26,033 nucleotides of DNA from Elusimicrobiota bacterium (GTDB lineage: Bacteria; Elusimicrobiota; Elusimicrobia; UBA1565): positions 1-26,033 of the forward strand of contig JBDREN010000160.1 in the NCBI GenBank assembly GCA_043819795.1, given 5' to 3'. The notes beneath the pieces were generated by a model. That model did no database searches. It saw only the letters and a program-made list of their open reading frames with translations, and had not been told where the DNA came from. A program made the translations under genes and the position numbers. Below are positions 1 to 8,800 of this stretch, one piece after another; the stretch's first letter is position 1, and each line of letters opens with the position of its first letter.

Positions 1-2
1 CC

Positions 3-3000
3 GTCGTCCAGCTGGAAGTGGATGTGCGCCTCGCCTTTGCCGCCGACGGCCCAGTTGGCTGTCTCGAAGTCCACCGTCACGTTGGAACTCGTCGCCGTCT
101 GGCCTTCGGTCGGGGAGAGTATCCGGACGGTCGGCTGCGGCCGGCACTTAGCCGCGCCCCCGGCCGCGTAGGCGGCCTGGACCTCTTCGGGACTCAGGGC
201 CCTGTCATAAAGGACGACTTCGTCTATCGAGCCTTTCCATAAATCGCCGGGAGAATGGGGGCTTCTCTGTCCGATAGTCACATCCGAGCCGGGGTTCGGG
301 TACTCGATGGGGCCCGATACGGCCAGGGTCTGCTTGAGCTCCCCATCGACATAGAGGCTCATCTGCGCCCCGTCGTACGTCCCCACGGCGTGGTGCCATG
401 CGTTGAGCGTCACGTTCTCGTCCGAGAAGCAGTCTCTGATCACCCCCCCGGTCGTGACGTTGAAGCCGGGCCGGGACGAGTTGTCGACCAACGTGAGACC
501 GTAGGACAGATACGGCGCGGACCATGACCCATCTGCCCGGTAGTCCTTGCTGACCATTTTGGGCCATCCGCCGGTGGACGACGCGAAGAACCAGGCTTCC
601 AGAGTCATCTGCTGCGCCGGCTCCAAGGAGCTCGCGCCCGGGACTCTGAGGTAGTCGTCGGCCCCGTCGAAGCCCAGGGCGCCGCCCGCCCGGCCGGAGG
701 TTCGGACCGGGTAGTCGGCCACGGTCGCGTGATGGGTCCCGTAAGAGTCGTATGCCGTGTCCGACGGCGCGTCCACGACGACATCGTCGAAATGTACGGT
801 ATCCCAGGTCGCCATGATCCCGGCCACGCCCGAGGCGAGGGACGTGTCGACGGTCTCGAGCACCTTGGCCCCGCCGGCGTAGAGCCTCAGGACGTCGCCG
901 CGGACCTCGAACGAGACGTCATGGGCCTGGCCGAGCGTCAGCTCCGTGTCGCTCCCCGTGCCCGCCAGCTCGGTCCAGGTCCCGCCGACCTTCTTCCCTA
1001 TGTGGTACCTGCGGCTGAACCCGCCGATCCCGCCCGCGTATAGGTTGTCCTCGTCGGAGGCCCGCAGCACGAGCGAGGCGTCGTCCGCCGCGCCCCCGGT
1101 GAACACCTTGATCCTGGCCCTGATGCCGGCGTCCGCCATCGCGCCGCCCGGGGCCGGCGCCAGCGAGACCGCGTTGACGCTCCCGCCGGTCCCGCGGTAC
1201 TCGCCCGCCGCGACGCTCCAGGAGCCGCTGATGGGCGTCCAGTCTTGAGCGTCGCCGGACTCGAAGTCGTCCGAGAAGACGGGGGAGCCCTCCAGGGCCC
1301 AATAGGCCACCATCCCCGACGGGGCGTCGGGATCGTGGCAGGCGTCGACGCCGTCGGGGACGCCGTCGTCATCCGGGTCGGGAGAGCAGACGCTCGGCTG
1401 TCCGGCGCAGATATAGCCGGCCTCGACGGCGCAGGAGGGGCCGCAGCCGTCCCCGGCGCCGGTGTTCCCATCGTCGCAGACTTCGCCGGTGAAGGCCCAG
1501 AGGCCGTCGCCGCAGACCGGCGCGACGGTCTCACAGCAGCCCTTGGCGGCCCTTCCTTTATAATATCGTTCCAGGACCTCGCCGGCGTCCAGGACTTTGC
1601 TCCAAAGGGCGACTTCGTCGATCCTGCCGGGGAAGAAATCGCCGTGGGAATAGGCGCTTCTCTGTCCTATGGTCAGGTCCGAGCCGGGGCTCGGATACTC
1701 GATGGGGCCGGATACGGCGAGGGTCTGTTTGATCTCACCGTCGACATAGAGCTTCATCCGGGTCCCGTCGTAGGTCCCCACGGCATGGTGCCAGGCGTTG
1801 AGCGTCACGTTCTCGTCCGAGAAGCAGTCCCGGATTACCCCGCCGACCGTGACGTTGAATCCCGGCCTCGCCGTGTTCTCGACAAGGGTGAGATCGTAGG
1901 ACAGATAGGGCGCGGACCAGGAGCCGTCGGCCCGGTAGTCCCTGGCGACGATCTTGGGCCACTGGCCCGTGGAGGTCGCGAAGAACCAAGCCTCCAGAGT
2001 CATCCGCTGCGTCGGCTCCAGGGAACTCGATCCCGGGACCCGGACGAAGTCGCCGGCCCCGTTGAAGCCCAGGGCGGCGCCCACCCGGCCGGAGGCCGGG
2101 CCCGGGCTGCCCTCCAGGGTCCCGTGAGCGCCTCCGTAGGAGTCGTAGGCCGTGGACGACGGGGAGTCCACGACCACGTCGTCGAAATGCACGGTGCCCC
2201 AGGTCGCCATGACCCCGGTCATCCCGAAGGTGAGCGACGTGTCGTTGGCCTCGAGGACCTTGACCCCTCCGGCGTAGAGCCTGAGCACGGCGCCCTGGAC
2301 CTCGAACGCGACGTCATGGGCCTGGCCGAGCGCCAGGTCCGCTTCGCCCCCGGTCCCCGCCAGCTCGACCCAGGCCCCCCCGAACTTCTTCCCGATGAAG
2401 TACTTCCGGCCGAAGCCGCCTATCCCGCCGGCGTAGAGGTTGTTGTCGTCGGAGGCCCGCAGCACGAGCGCCGCGTCGTCCGGCGCCCCCCTGGCGAACA
2501 CCTTGATCTTGGCCCTGATGCGGGCGTTCGACGTCCCGCCCCCCGCGGCGGGCGCCAGCGAGAGCGCGTTGACGCCGCCGCTGATGCCGCGGTACTCGCC
2601 CGCCACCACGCTCCAGGCGCCGCTGATGGGCGTCCAATCCGCCGCGTTGCCGGATTCGAAGTCGTCCGAGAAGGTCGGAGCGCCGTCGAAGGCCCAGTAG
2701 CTCACCAGCCCCTGCGGCGCCCCGGCGTTGTCGCAGGCGTCAACGTTGTCGAGGACGCCGTCCTGGTCCAGGTCCGCCACGCAGACGCTCGGCTCCCCGC
2801 CGCAGACGTAGCCCGCCTCCACCGCGCAGGCGGCGCTGCAGCCGTCACCGTTGGAGGTGTTCCCGTCGTCGCAGGCTTCCGGCGCCTCCAGGGCCCCGTC
2901 GCCGCAGGGGGGGGTACACATCCCCGCGACGCCGGCCTCGAAGACGGATCGGATCTCTCCGAGGCTCAAGGCCTTGTCGTAGACCGAGACCTCGTCGATC

Positions 3001-5582
3001 AGGCCGTTGAAGTACTCGGTATTCGAGCTGCCCTGTTTTCCAATCGAGAGGAGATGGAATTTCGCGCTCAGAGAGCCGCTCTTCGCGGCGACGAGGTCCC
3101 CGTCGACGTAGAGCTTCCTCGAGTTGTCGCTTCCGTCATACGTCGCCGACAGGAACGTCCACCGGTTCATGGGAAGAACGGCGCCAGTATCCTGCCAGTC
3201 GTCGCCGTAGCGCAGGACATGGCTCCCCTTGGCGGGCCCCAGGAACATCCGGTGCTGCCAGGGAAGGACGCTGGGGTCCCACCAGCCCACGACCTCCTGA
3301 TGGGCCCAACTCGTGTCTCCCCGCCAATACACCCAGGCGGATATGGTGTGGCTCTGGTCGTCGGCGAATGTCTGGCCGGTCTCTATGTAATCGTCGTCCC
3401 CGTCCAAAGAGAACGCCTGACCGACCTTGCCTTGCGCGAACGCGGCGCCGTTGGCCGGGGCGCCGTCATCCGAGCCCCAGATGTCGCCGGCGTCCCCGTT
3501 CGCGGGCCACCAGCTCACCAGGCCGGATGGAGGCTCGGCGCAGTCCGGGACGCAGACGTCGCCGGTCCCGTCGCCGTCCGCGTCGGCCTGGTCCGCGTTG
3601 GCGGTGTCGGGGCAATTGTCGTCGGCGTCGGCGATCCCGTCGCCGTCGGAGTCGGGCGAGCAGACGCTAGGCTCTCCGCCGCAGACGTAGTCCGCCTCGA
3701 CCGCGCAGGCGGCGTTGCAGCCGTCTCCGCCGCCGGCGTTGCCGTCGTCGCAGCCTTCGGGGGATTCGACGACCCCGTTGCCGCAGGGGGGCCTGCACGT
3801 CCCCTTGCCGGCCAGGCCGTCCGCGTGACGCGCCTGGATCTCTTCCACGGTCAATGCCCTGTCGAAGATCGCGACTTCGTCCAGCAGGCCCTTCCAAGTC
3901 TTGTTGGTCCCATCGGTATAGATGCCGATCCCAGACCCGCTGGTCGCCGCTCCTATATAGGCGTCTTTGCCGCCGACCACGGTGCTCGTCACATAAAGGC
4001 CGTTGGAGGCGATCAGGCTCCCGTCGAGATATATCTTCGTGCCCTCAAGGCTCGTGGTGACGGCGATGTGATGCCACGCGCCGGTGAGGGGCGCGGCCAC
4101 GGTGTGCTCTATGATAAGGCCGCCGCTCCAGTGGCCGTGCACCGTGATGGTCCTCTTGTCGGGCGAGAGCCATAGGATCCAGCTTTGACGCGTCCCTCCC
4201 CCGCCATAACCCAGTATTGAGCCGCCGAACTGGGTGTCATCCGTATAGAACCAGGCTTCCGTCGTCCGTTGTCCCGTCGGCAGGCCGTCCGCGGACATCT
4301 TCACGTGGTCGCCGGCCCCGTTAAAGCTCAAGGCGCCGCCGACTAGCCCCTCGGCCGCCCACGTCGCCCCGGCGACGACCCCGGGATTCGCGTCCATCGA
4401 ATCGGAGGCCGCGGCCCCGCCTCCTTCGTCAAGGCCCCAATGACTCACCGTGCCGGAAGGGCAGTCGCCGCAGGCGGCCGTCTCGATCGCGGCGCAGCCG
4501 GCTCCGCAGCTCAAGCTTCCGCCCACGAACAGGTAATCCGCGCAAGTCTTACCCCCCAAGTCGGCCCCGTCGCACGCTTCGTCGGCGTTGGCTACTCCGT
4601 CGCCGCAAGCCGCGATCCCGCAGTCCGTGGTGCATTGACCCGCCACCGCGTCGGCCGGGCCGACGTTGGCGGCGCCATCGTCGCATTCCTCGGTCCCCTC
4701 TTGAGCCCCGTTCCCGCAGACATAAGGGGACTGACAATAACCCTTCCCGTTCAGTCCGCTTTGATAGTCCTGCTCGATCTCCTCCGGGGTCAATGCCCTG
4801 TCCAAGATCGCGACCTCGTCCAGCAGGCCCTTCCAAGTCTTGTTGACCCCGTCGGTATAGATGCCGATCCCGGATCCGGTGGTCGCCGCTCCAATATAGG
4901 CGTCTTTGCCGCCCACCACGGTGCTCGTCACATAAAGGGTGTTGGAAGCGATCAACTGCCCGTCAAGATATATTTTCGTGCCGTCGGGACTCGTCGTGAC
5001 GGCGATGTGATGCCACGCGCCAACGAGGGGGGCGGCCACAGTATGCTCTATGATAAGGCCGCCGCTCCAATGGCCGTGCACCGTGATGGTCTTCTTATCG
5101 GGCGAGAGCCATATGATCCAGCTTTGACGGGATCCTCCGCCGCCGTAACCCAGGATGGTGCCGCCGAACTGCGTGTCGCTCGTGAAGAACCAGGCTTGCG
5201 TCGTCCGTTCGCCCGTCGGAAGGCCGTCCGCGGACATCTTCACGTGATTGCCGGCCCCGTCGAAGCTCAAGGCGCCGCCGACCCGACCCGTATCCCATGC
5301 CGCCCCGGCGATCGTCCCGGGGATCGCGCCGAAGGAATCGGCCGCCGTGGTGCCCGCGCCCTCATCCAAGCCCCAGTAGCTCACCAGCCCCTGCGGCGCG
5401 TCGGCGTTGTGGCAGGCGTCGGTCCCGTCTTCGATCCCGTCGCCGTCCGTGTCGGCGGCCCTGGCTGTGCCCGGGCCGGCCATCAAGGAAATAACCGCGA
5501 AGATGAGGAGGAAGCAGCGCGCGGCGATGCTGGGGAGCCGCGACTCAATCACGTGAGGTCGATCGCTGGTGTCAGCCACCAT
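3..5582 (-). CDS. Gene A: large secreted LamG-like jellyroll / Cys-rich (DUF4215-like) / TSP3-like repeat protein; 3' end beyond the window (>1860 aa)
   Basis: Translated by hand from ATG at 5582: MVADTSDRPHVIESRLPSIAARCFLLIFAVISLMAGPGTARA|ADTDGDGIEDG (signal peptide ending ARA). An in-frame upstream stop lies at 5664-5666 with no other start codon between. The frame stays open to position 3 (...PTVRILSPTEGQTATSSNVTVDFETANWAVGGKGEAHIHFQLDD). Five LamG modules (GLVSYW...W(H/T)x...LYVDG...IDEVxxYDRAL), CG(N/D)G...CDDGN...GDGC repeats and DxDxDG...DNCP repeats. The long + strand ORFs in the same codon register are its antisense shadows. Confidence 0.92.
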   Translation of the reverse strand, partial: MVADTSDRPHVIESRLPSIAARCFLLIFAVISLMAGPGTARAADTDGDGIEDGTDACHNADAPQGLVSYWGLDEGAGTTAADSFGAIPGTIAGAAWDTGRVGGALSFDGAGNHVKMSADGLPTGERTTQAWFFTSDTQFGGTILGYGGGGSRQSWIIWLSPDKKTITVHGHWSGGLIIEHTVAAPLVGAWHHIAVTTSPDGTKIYLDGQLIASNTLYVTSTVVGGKDAYIGAATTGSGIGIYTDGVNKTWKGLLDEVAILDRALTPEEIEQDYQSGLNGKGYCQSPYVCGNGAQEGTEECDDGAANVGPADAVAGQCTTDCGIAACGDGVANADEACDGADLGGKTCADYLFVGGSLSCGAGCAAIETAACGDCPSGTVSHWGLDEGGGAAASDSMDANPGVVAGATWAAEGLVGGALSFNGAGDHVKMSADGLPTGQRTTEAWFYTDDTQFGGSILGYGGGGTRQSWILWLSPDKRTITVHGHWSGGLIIEHTVAAPLTGAWHHIAVTTSLEGTKIYLDGSLIASNGLYVTSTVVGGKDAYIGAATSGSGIGIYTDGTNKTWKGLLDEVAIFDRALTVEEIQARHADGLAGKGTCRPPCGNGVVESPEGCDDGNAGGGDGCNAACAVEADYVCGGEPSVCSPDSDGDGIADADDNCPDTANADQADADGDGTGDVCVPDCAEPPSGLVSWWPANGDAGDIWGSDDGAPANGAAFAQGKVGQAFSLDGDDDYIETGQTFADDQSHTISAWVYWRGDTSWAHQEVVGWWDPSVLPWQHRMFLGPAKGSHVLRYGDDWQDTGAVLPMNRWTFLSATYDGSDNSRKLYVDGDLVAAKSGSLSAKFHLLSIGKQGSSNTEYFNGLIDEVSVYDKALSLGEIRSVFEAGVAGMCTPPCGDGALEAPEACDDGNTSNGDGCSAACAVEAGYVCGGEPSVCVADLDQDGVLDNVDACDNAGAPQGLVSYWAFDGAPTFSDDFESGNAADWTPISGAWSVVAGEYRGISGGVNALSLAPAAGGGTSNARIRAKIKVFARGAPDDAALVLRASDDNNLYAGGIGGFGRKYFIGKKFGGAWVELAGTGGEADLALGQAHDVAFEVQGAVLRLYAGGVKVLEANDTSLTFGMTGVMATWGTVHFDDVVVDSPSSTAYDSYGGAHGTLEGSPGPASGRVGAALGFNGAGDFVRVPGSSSLEPTQRMTLEAWFFATSTGQWPKIVARDYRADGSWSAPYLSYDLTLVENTARPGFNVTVGGVIRDCFSDENVTLNAWHHAVGTYDGTRMKLYVDGEIKQTLAVSGPIEYPSPGSDLTIGQRSAYSHGDFFPGRIDEVALWSKVLDAGEVLERYYKGRAAKGCCETVAPVCGDGLWAFTGEVCDDGNTGAGDGCGPSCAVEAGYICAGQPSVCSPDPDDDGVPDGVDACHDPDAPSGMVAYWALEGSPVFSDDFESGDAQDWTPISGSWSVAAGEYRGTGGSVNAVSLAPAPGGAMADAGIRARIKVFTGGAADDASLVLRASDEDNLYAGGIGGFSRRYHIGKKVGGTWTELAGTGSDTELTLGQAHDVSFEVRGDVLRLYAGGAKVLETVDTSLASGVAGIMATWDTVHFDDVVVDAPSDTAYDSYGTHHATVADYPVRTSGRAGGALGFDGADDYLRVPGASSLEPAQQMTLEAWFFASSTGGWPKMVSKDYRADGSWSAPYLSYGLTLVDNSSRPGFNVTTGGVIRDCFSDENVTLNAWHHAVGTYDGAQMSLYVDGELKQTLAVSGPIEYPNPGSDVTIGQRSPHSPGDLWKGSIDEVVLYDRALSPEEVQAAYAAGGAAKCRPQPTVRILSPTEGQTATSSNVTVDFETANWAVGGKGEAHIHFQLDD
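150..2780 (-). repeat. Intragenic tandem duplication (period 1395 bp) of the TSP3-like + LamG[DUF1080-like insert] module in gene A
   Basis: CGTTGAGCGTCACGTTCTCGTCCGAGAAGCAGTC occurs at 401 and 1796. The proteins align throughout (FSDDFESG...WTPISG...LRASD.DNLYAGGIGGF...DYRADGSWSAPYLSY...DCFSDENVTLNAWHHAVGTYDG). Boundaries approximate. Confidence 0.9.
3830..5390 (-). repeat. Intragenic duplication (period 939 bp) of the first two LamG domains of gene A
   Basis: CCAGCAGGCCCTTCCAAGTCTTGTTG occurs at 3881 and 4820. Both copies encode HVKMSADGLPTG...TITVHGHWSGGLIIEHTVAAP...GKDAYIGAAT...NKTWKGLLDEVAI. Boundaries approximate. Confidence 0.9.
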
Positions 5583-5638
5583 GGTGCTCTCGGCGAAAAT
5601 ATGACAGCATGCGCTGCCAAAGGCAACGCACCTACAAA

Positions 5639-5667
5639 GATGTAACGGGTATTCCGGGAAAAGTCAA
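5639..5667 (-). promoter_or_regulatory. Putative promoter for gene A (TTGACT-N17-TACATC)
   Basis: Good -35 (5667-5662), 17-bp spacer, weak -10 (5644-5639), AT-rich tract upstream. Aligns position for position with the promoter of gene C. Confidence 0.45.
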
Positions 5668-5867
5668 TGACAACCCGCTGACTTTTATAATGAAAAAAGT
5701 ATTCAAAAATATACACTTTTAATTTCGGTCAGGCGGATGGGCTGGATTCCGACGGAGCGGGTGTCAGGACTCCGGGGAAACGGTGTGCGCGTCGCAGGGC
5801 GAGCCTGCGGCCGGACAACGGAAACGGCGTCGCTCTAGCGGAGTTCCCCAAAAAACGCGGGGTAGTA

Positions 5868-5894
5868 AGCGCCGCAAGGCGAGCTTGCGGCGCT
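5868..5894 (-). terminator. Strong hairpin just after the gene B stop codon; possible terminator or 3' stabilising stem
   Basis: Perfect 11-bp stem AGCGCCGCAAG/CTTGCGGCGCT with a 5-nt loop, 2 nt after TAA (5897-5899). The T6 tract on the minus strand is ~12 nt away rather than adjacent, so it is not a canonical intrinsic terminator. Confidence 0.45.
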
Positions 5895-5896
5895 GA

Positions 5897-8800
5897 TTAC
5901 CGCACCACGGCGAACTTGCCGGCCTTGCGGATGGACGCCTCCCCGGACTTATCCGCGACGACGGTGTAGAGATAGACCCCGCTCGGGATGCGTCCGTCCC
6001 AGGCGTACTCGTAGGCGTACTTGGGCCCGCTCCCGTCGTCGATCACGGGCGGGGCCGATTCCATCGTCGCCTGATGGACCTGCTGGCCCGCGACGTTGTA
6101 GATGCGGATCGTCACCTTGTCGGCGACGCCGACCGCGATGTGGATCGTCGGTACGGACCCGCCCACCGCCGGGTTCGGGAACACGTAGAGGTCGCGGAGC
6201 GCGAATGTCGGATCGGCTCCGCCCGCGGACACGGACGGAGACCCCGCCGCGGCTGGCTTCCCTCCCTTGCTCTTGCCTTCCGTGACTATGTCCGTGGGCA
6301 CCGTCGCGCTCGAGAGCGAGACGGCGTTCCCGTTCACGTCCAGCGTGCCCGCGAAGAGGCTGCCGCCGAACTTCGCGGAGCCCGTCACCACGACCCTCGC
6401 CTCCGGCGCGTACAGCAGCGCCCCGACGCGCCCAGAGCCGGCCAGGCGGACGTCATCCGCCTGGTTCGAGAAGAGCGCCAGCTGCTCCGCGTGCTGGCCG
6501 TCCTCGGTGGTGTCGATCGCGTTCACTTCCGCGCTGTTGATGGTGATCGGGCCCTCCACCAGTATGCCCACCTGCCCGATAATCTTGAGTTCCGCGCCGG
6601 CGGTCGCGCGCAACCCGCTCAATAGATAGTTCCCGGAGGGCAGCGTCAGGCTCGCCCCCGCGTTGAGCGTCAAGACGCTGTTATTGAGATACTCCGCGAT
6701 CGGGTTGTCCGGGTCCTCCGCCAGGTTGTTGGCCAGCACCTGCTCCTTGATGGCCGTCAGGTCGAAGGGCGCGGGATGGAGCGGGTTCGCCACGATGGTC
6801 TGGGTCCCGGTGATCACCGCGCTGCCCTGCACCGTGATCTCGGGCCCCTCCACGTCGCCGTCCATGAAGGCGCTCCCGAACACCCGGATCGGCCCGTTGC
6901 TGATCGCGTCGCCGTAGAAGTCCATGTTCCCGCCCATGTCGATCGACTTCTTCTTGCCCGCCGCCGCGCGCTTCTTCGGGCTCATGATCTTGCTCACGCC
7001 GAAGCTCGCCACGTGGACGAAATAGTTGTCGACCCGGTCCGGGCTCCAGTAGGCGAGGGTGTGCGTGCCCTCCGCCAGGCTGAACTCACCCGTGTAGACG
7101 ATGGGCGCCCCGTCGTCGATCCGGTACAGGATCTCCCGAACGCCCGAGGCCACGCCGCCCGAGACCGGGTCCGCGGCGTCCAGAGCGAGCTTGCTCTTGG
7201 GGCTGATGAAGGTCTGCCCGAATTCGTACTTGACGGGGTTGCCGATGGTGAGGGTCGTCTGGGGCGGCGTGTGGTCCACCCCGATCGTGATGAACTTGTG
7301 GCCCGCCTCGTCGTCGAGCCGGTAGCCCTCCTCGTTGCCGCGCTTGTCCACGCTGAAGTACTCCAGCCGGTGCACTCCCTCCTGCGCCAGGTTGAACGGC
7401 ACGGCCTCGTGCTCCACGTTCTGGCGGATGAACGGCGCCTCGGGCCCGTCGATCGTGAGGTCCCTGTAGAACGTCCACTGCACGTCGAAGGCGATCCCGT
7501 TGATGACGGGGTCGACGGCGCCGAGCGAGTTCATCGCGGTCTGGTTCAGGAACACCTCCGTCTCGACGGGCGTCCCGGGCGCCGTGCTCGAGCTGGCCGT
7601 GTGCGAGATCGTGGTCTGGGGCGGCTCGATGTCCGCCTTCACGAGCAGGCTGTCCGAGCCCGACGCGCCTTCGTCGTCGGTCACCGTGGCGACCAGCGTG
7701 TAGATGCCGTTCGCCGTGTACTGGTGGAGGCTCTTGATCGTGCCCGAGGAGCCGGTTGTCGACCCGGGAGGACCCTGCGGGTCCTCGTCGATGTCCTCCG
7801 ACAGCACGTGCTCGAGGGCGGTCCCGTCGCCCCAGTCGATAGAGGCGGTGTGCGTGTCCGCTGTGCCCATGTCGTGGAACCGGATGAAGTCCGCGGTCAC
7901 CGGGTGCTCCGCGTCGGGACCGATCGGGATGGTGGGGGTGCCGGGCTGGCCGGGGATGCTCACCACCATCGTCCGCAGCTCGATCGTTCCGCCGATATGT
8001 ATCCAGCCCTCCGCCGCCGCGGTATTGTCCGCGCCCGCCTTGACCGTCGGCGCGGCGTTCTCGACGGTGACGCTCAGGTCTTCGCAGCGCTCGGCGTCCT
8101 CGTCGTCCTTGACGCAGACGTTGACCGTGTAGCTCCCGTCGTCGGCGTAGACGTGCGAGCCCGCGATGGCCCCGTCGGCGCCCGCGGTCGAGCCGGGCGG
8201 GCCGGAGGGGGACTCGGTGACGGCACCGGCCTCGACCGGGCTGCCGTCGCCCCAATCGATCGCGGCGGTATGGGTGTCGAGCGTGCCCTTGTCGTTGAAG
8301 GTCGCGGGATCGAGGCTGACGACGCCGCCCTCCGGAGCGGTCTGGTCCGCGCCCGCGTCCAGCGTGGGCGCGGCGTTGTCCGCCGTCACCGTGAAGGTGT
8401 CGGTCGCGGAGGCGCCCTCGTCGTCGGTGACCGTCACCGTCACCGTATAGGCGCCGTTGTCCGCGTACACGTGGCTGCCGGCGATCGCGCCGTCGGCCCC
8501 CGCCGTATCGCCCGGCGGGCCGTGCGGCGCCTCGATCACCGCGGCGGCGTCGATGGCGCTCCCGTCGCCCCAGTCGATCGTGGCGGTATGGGTGTCGAGC
8601 GTGCCCGGGTCATTGAAGGCGGAGGGCGCCAGGCTGATCGTCATGCCCTCGGTCGCGGCCTGGTCAGGGCCCGCGTCCAGCGTGGGCGCGGCGTTGTCCG
8701 CCGTCACCGTCAAGGTGTCGGTCGCGGAGGCGCCCTCGTCGTCGGTCACCGTCACCGTCACCGTGTAGGCGCCGTTGTCCGCGTAGACGTGCGAGCCGAG

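Noticed and set aside
1245..4175. 976-aa + strand ORF (also 4440-5645, 729-1043, 255-527, 18-242)
   Set aside because: All share the codon register of minus-strand gene A, which encodes clear LamG and Cys-rich domains.
3830..5390. Duplicated LamG pair as a diversity-generating retroelement template/variable repeat
   Set aside because: Both copies are in-frame parts of one gene, the differences I inspected are not adenine-specific, and no reverse transcriptase is present in the window.
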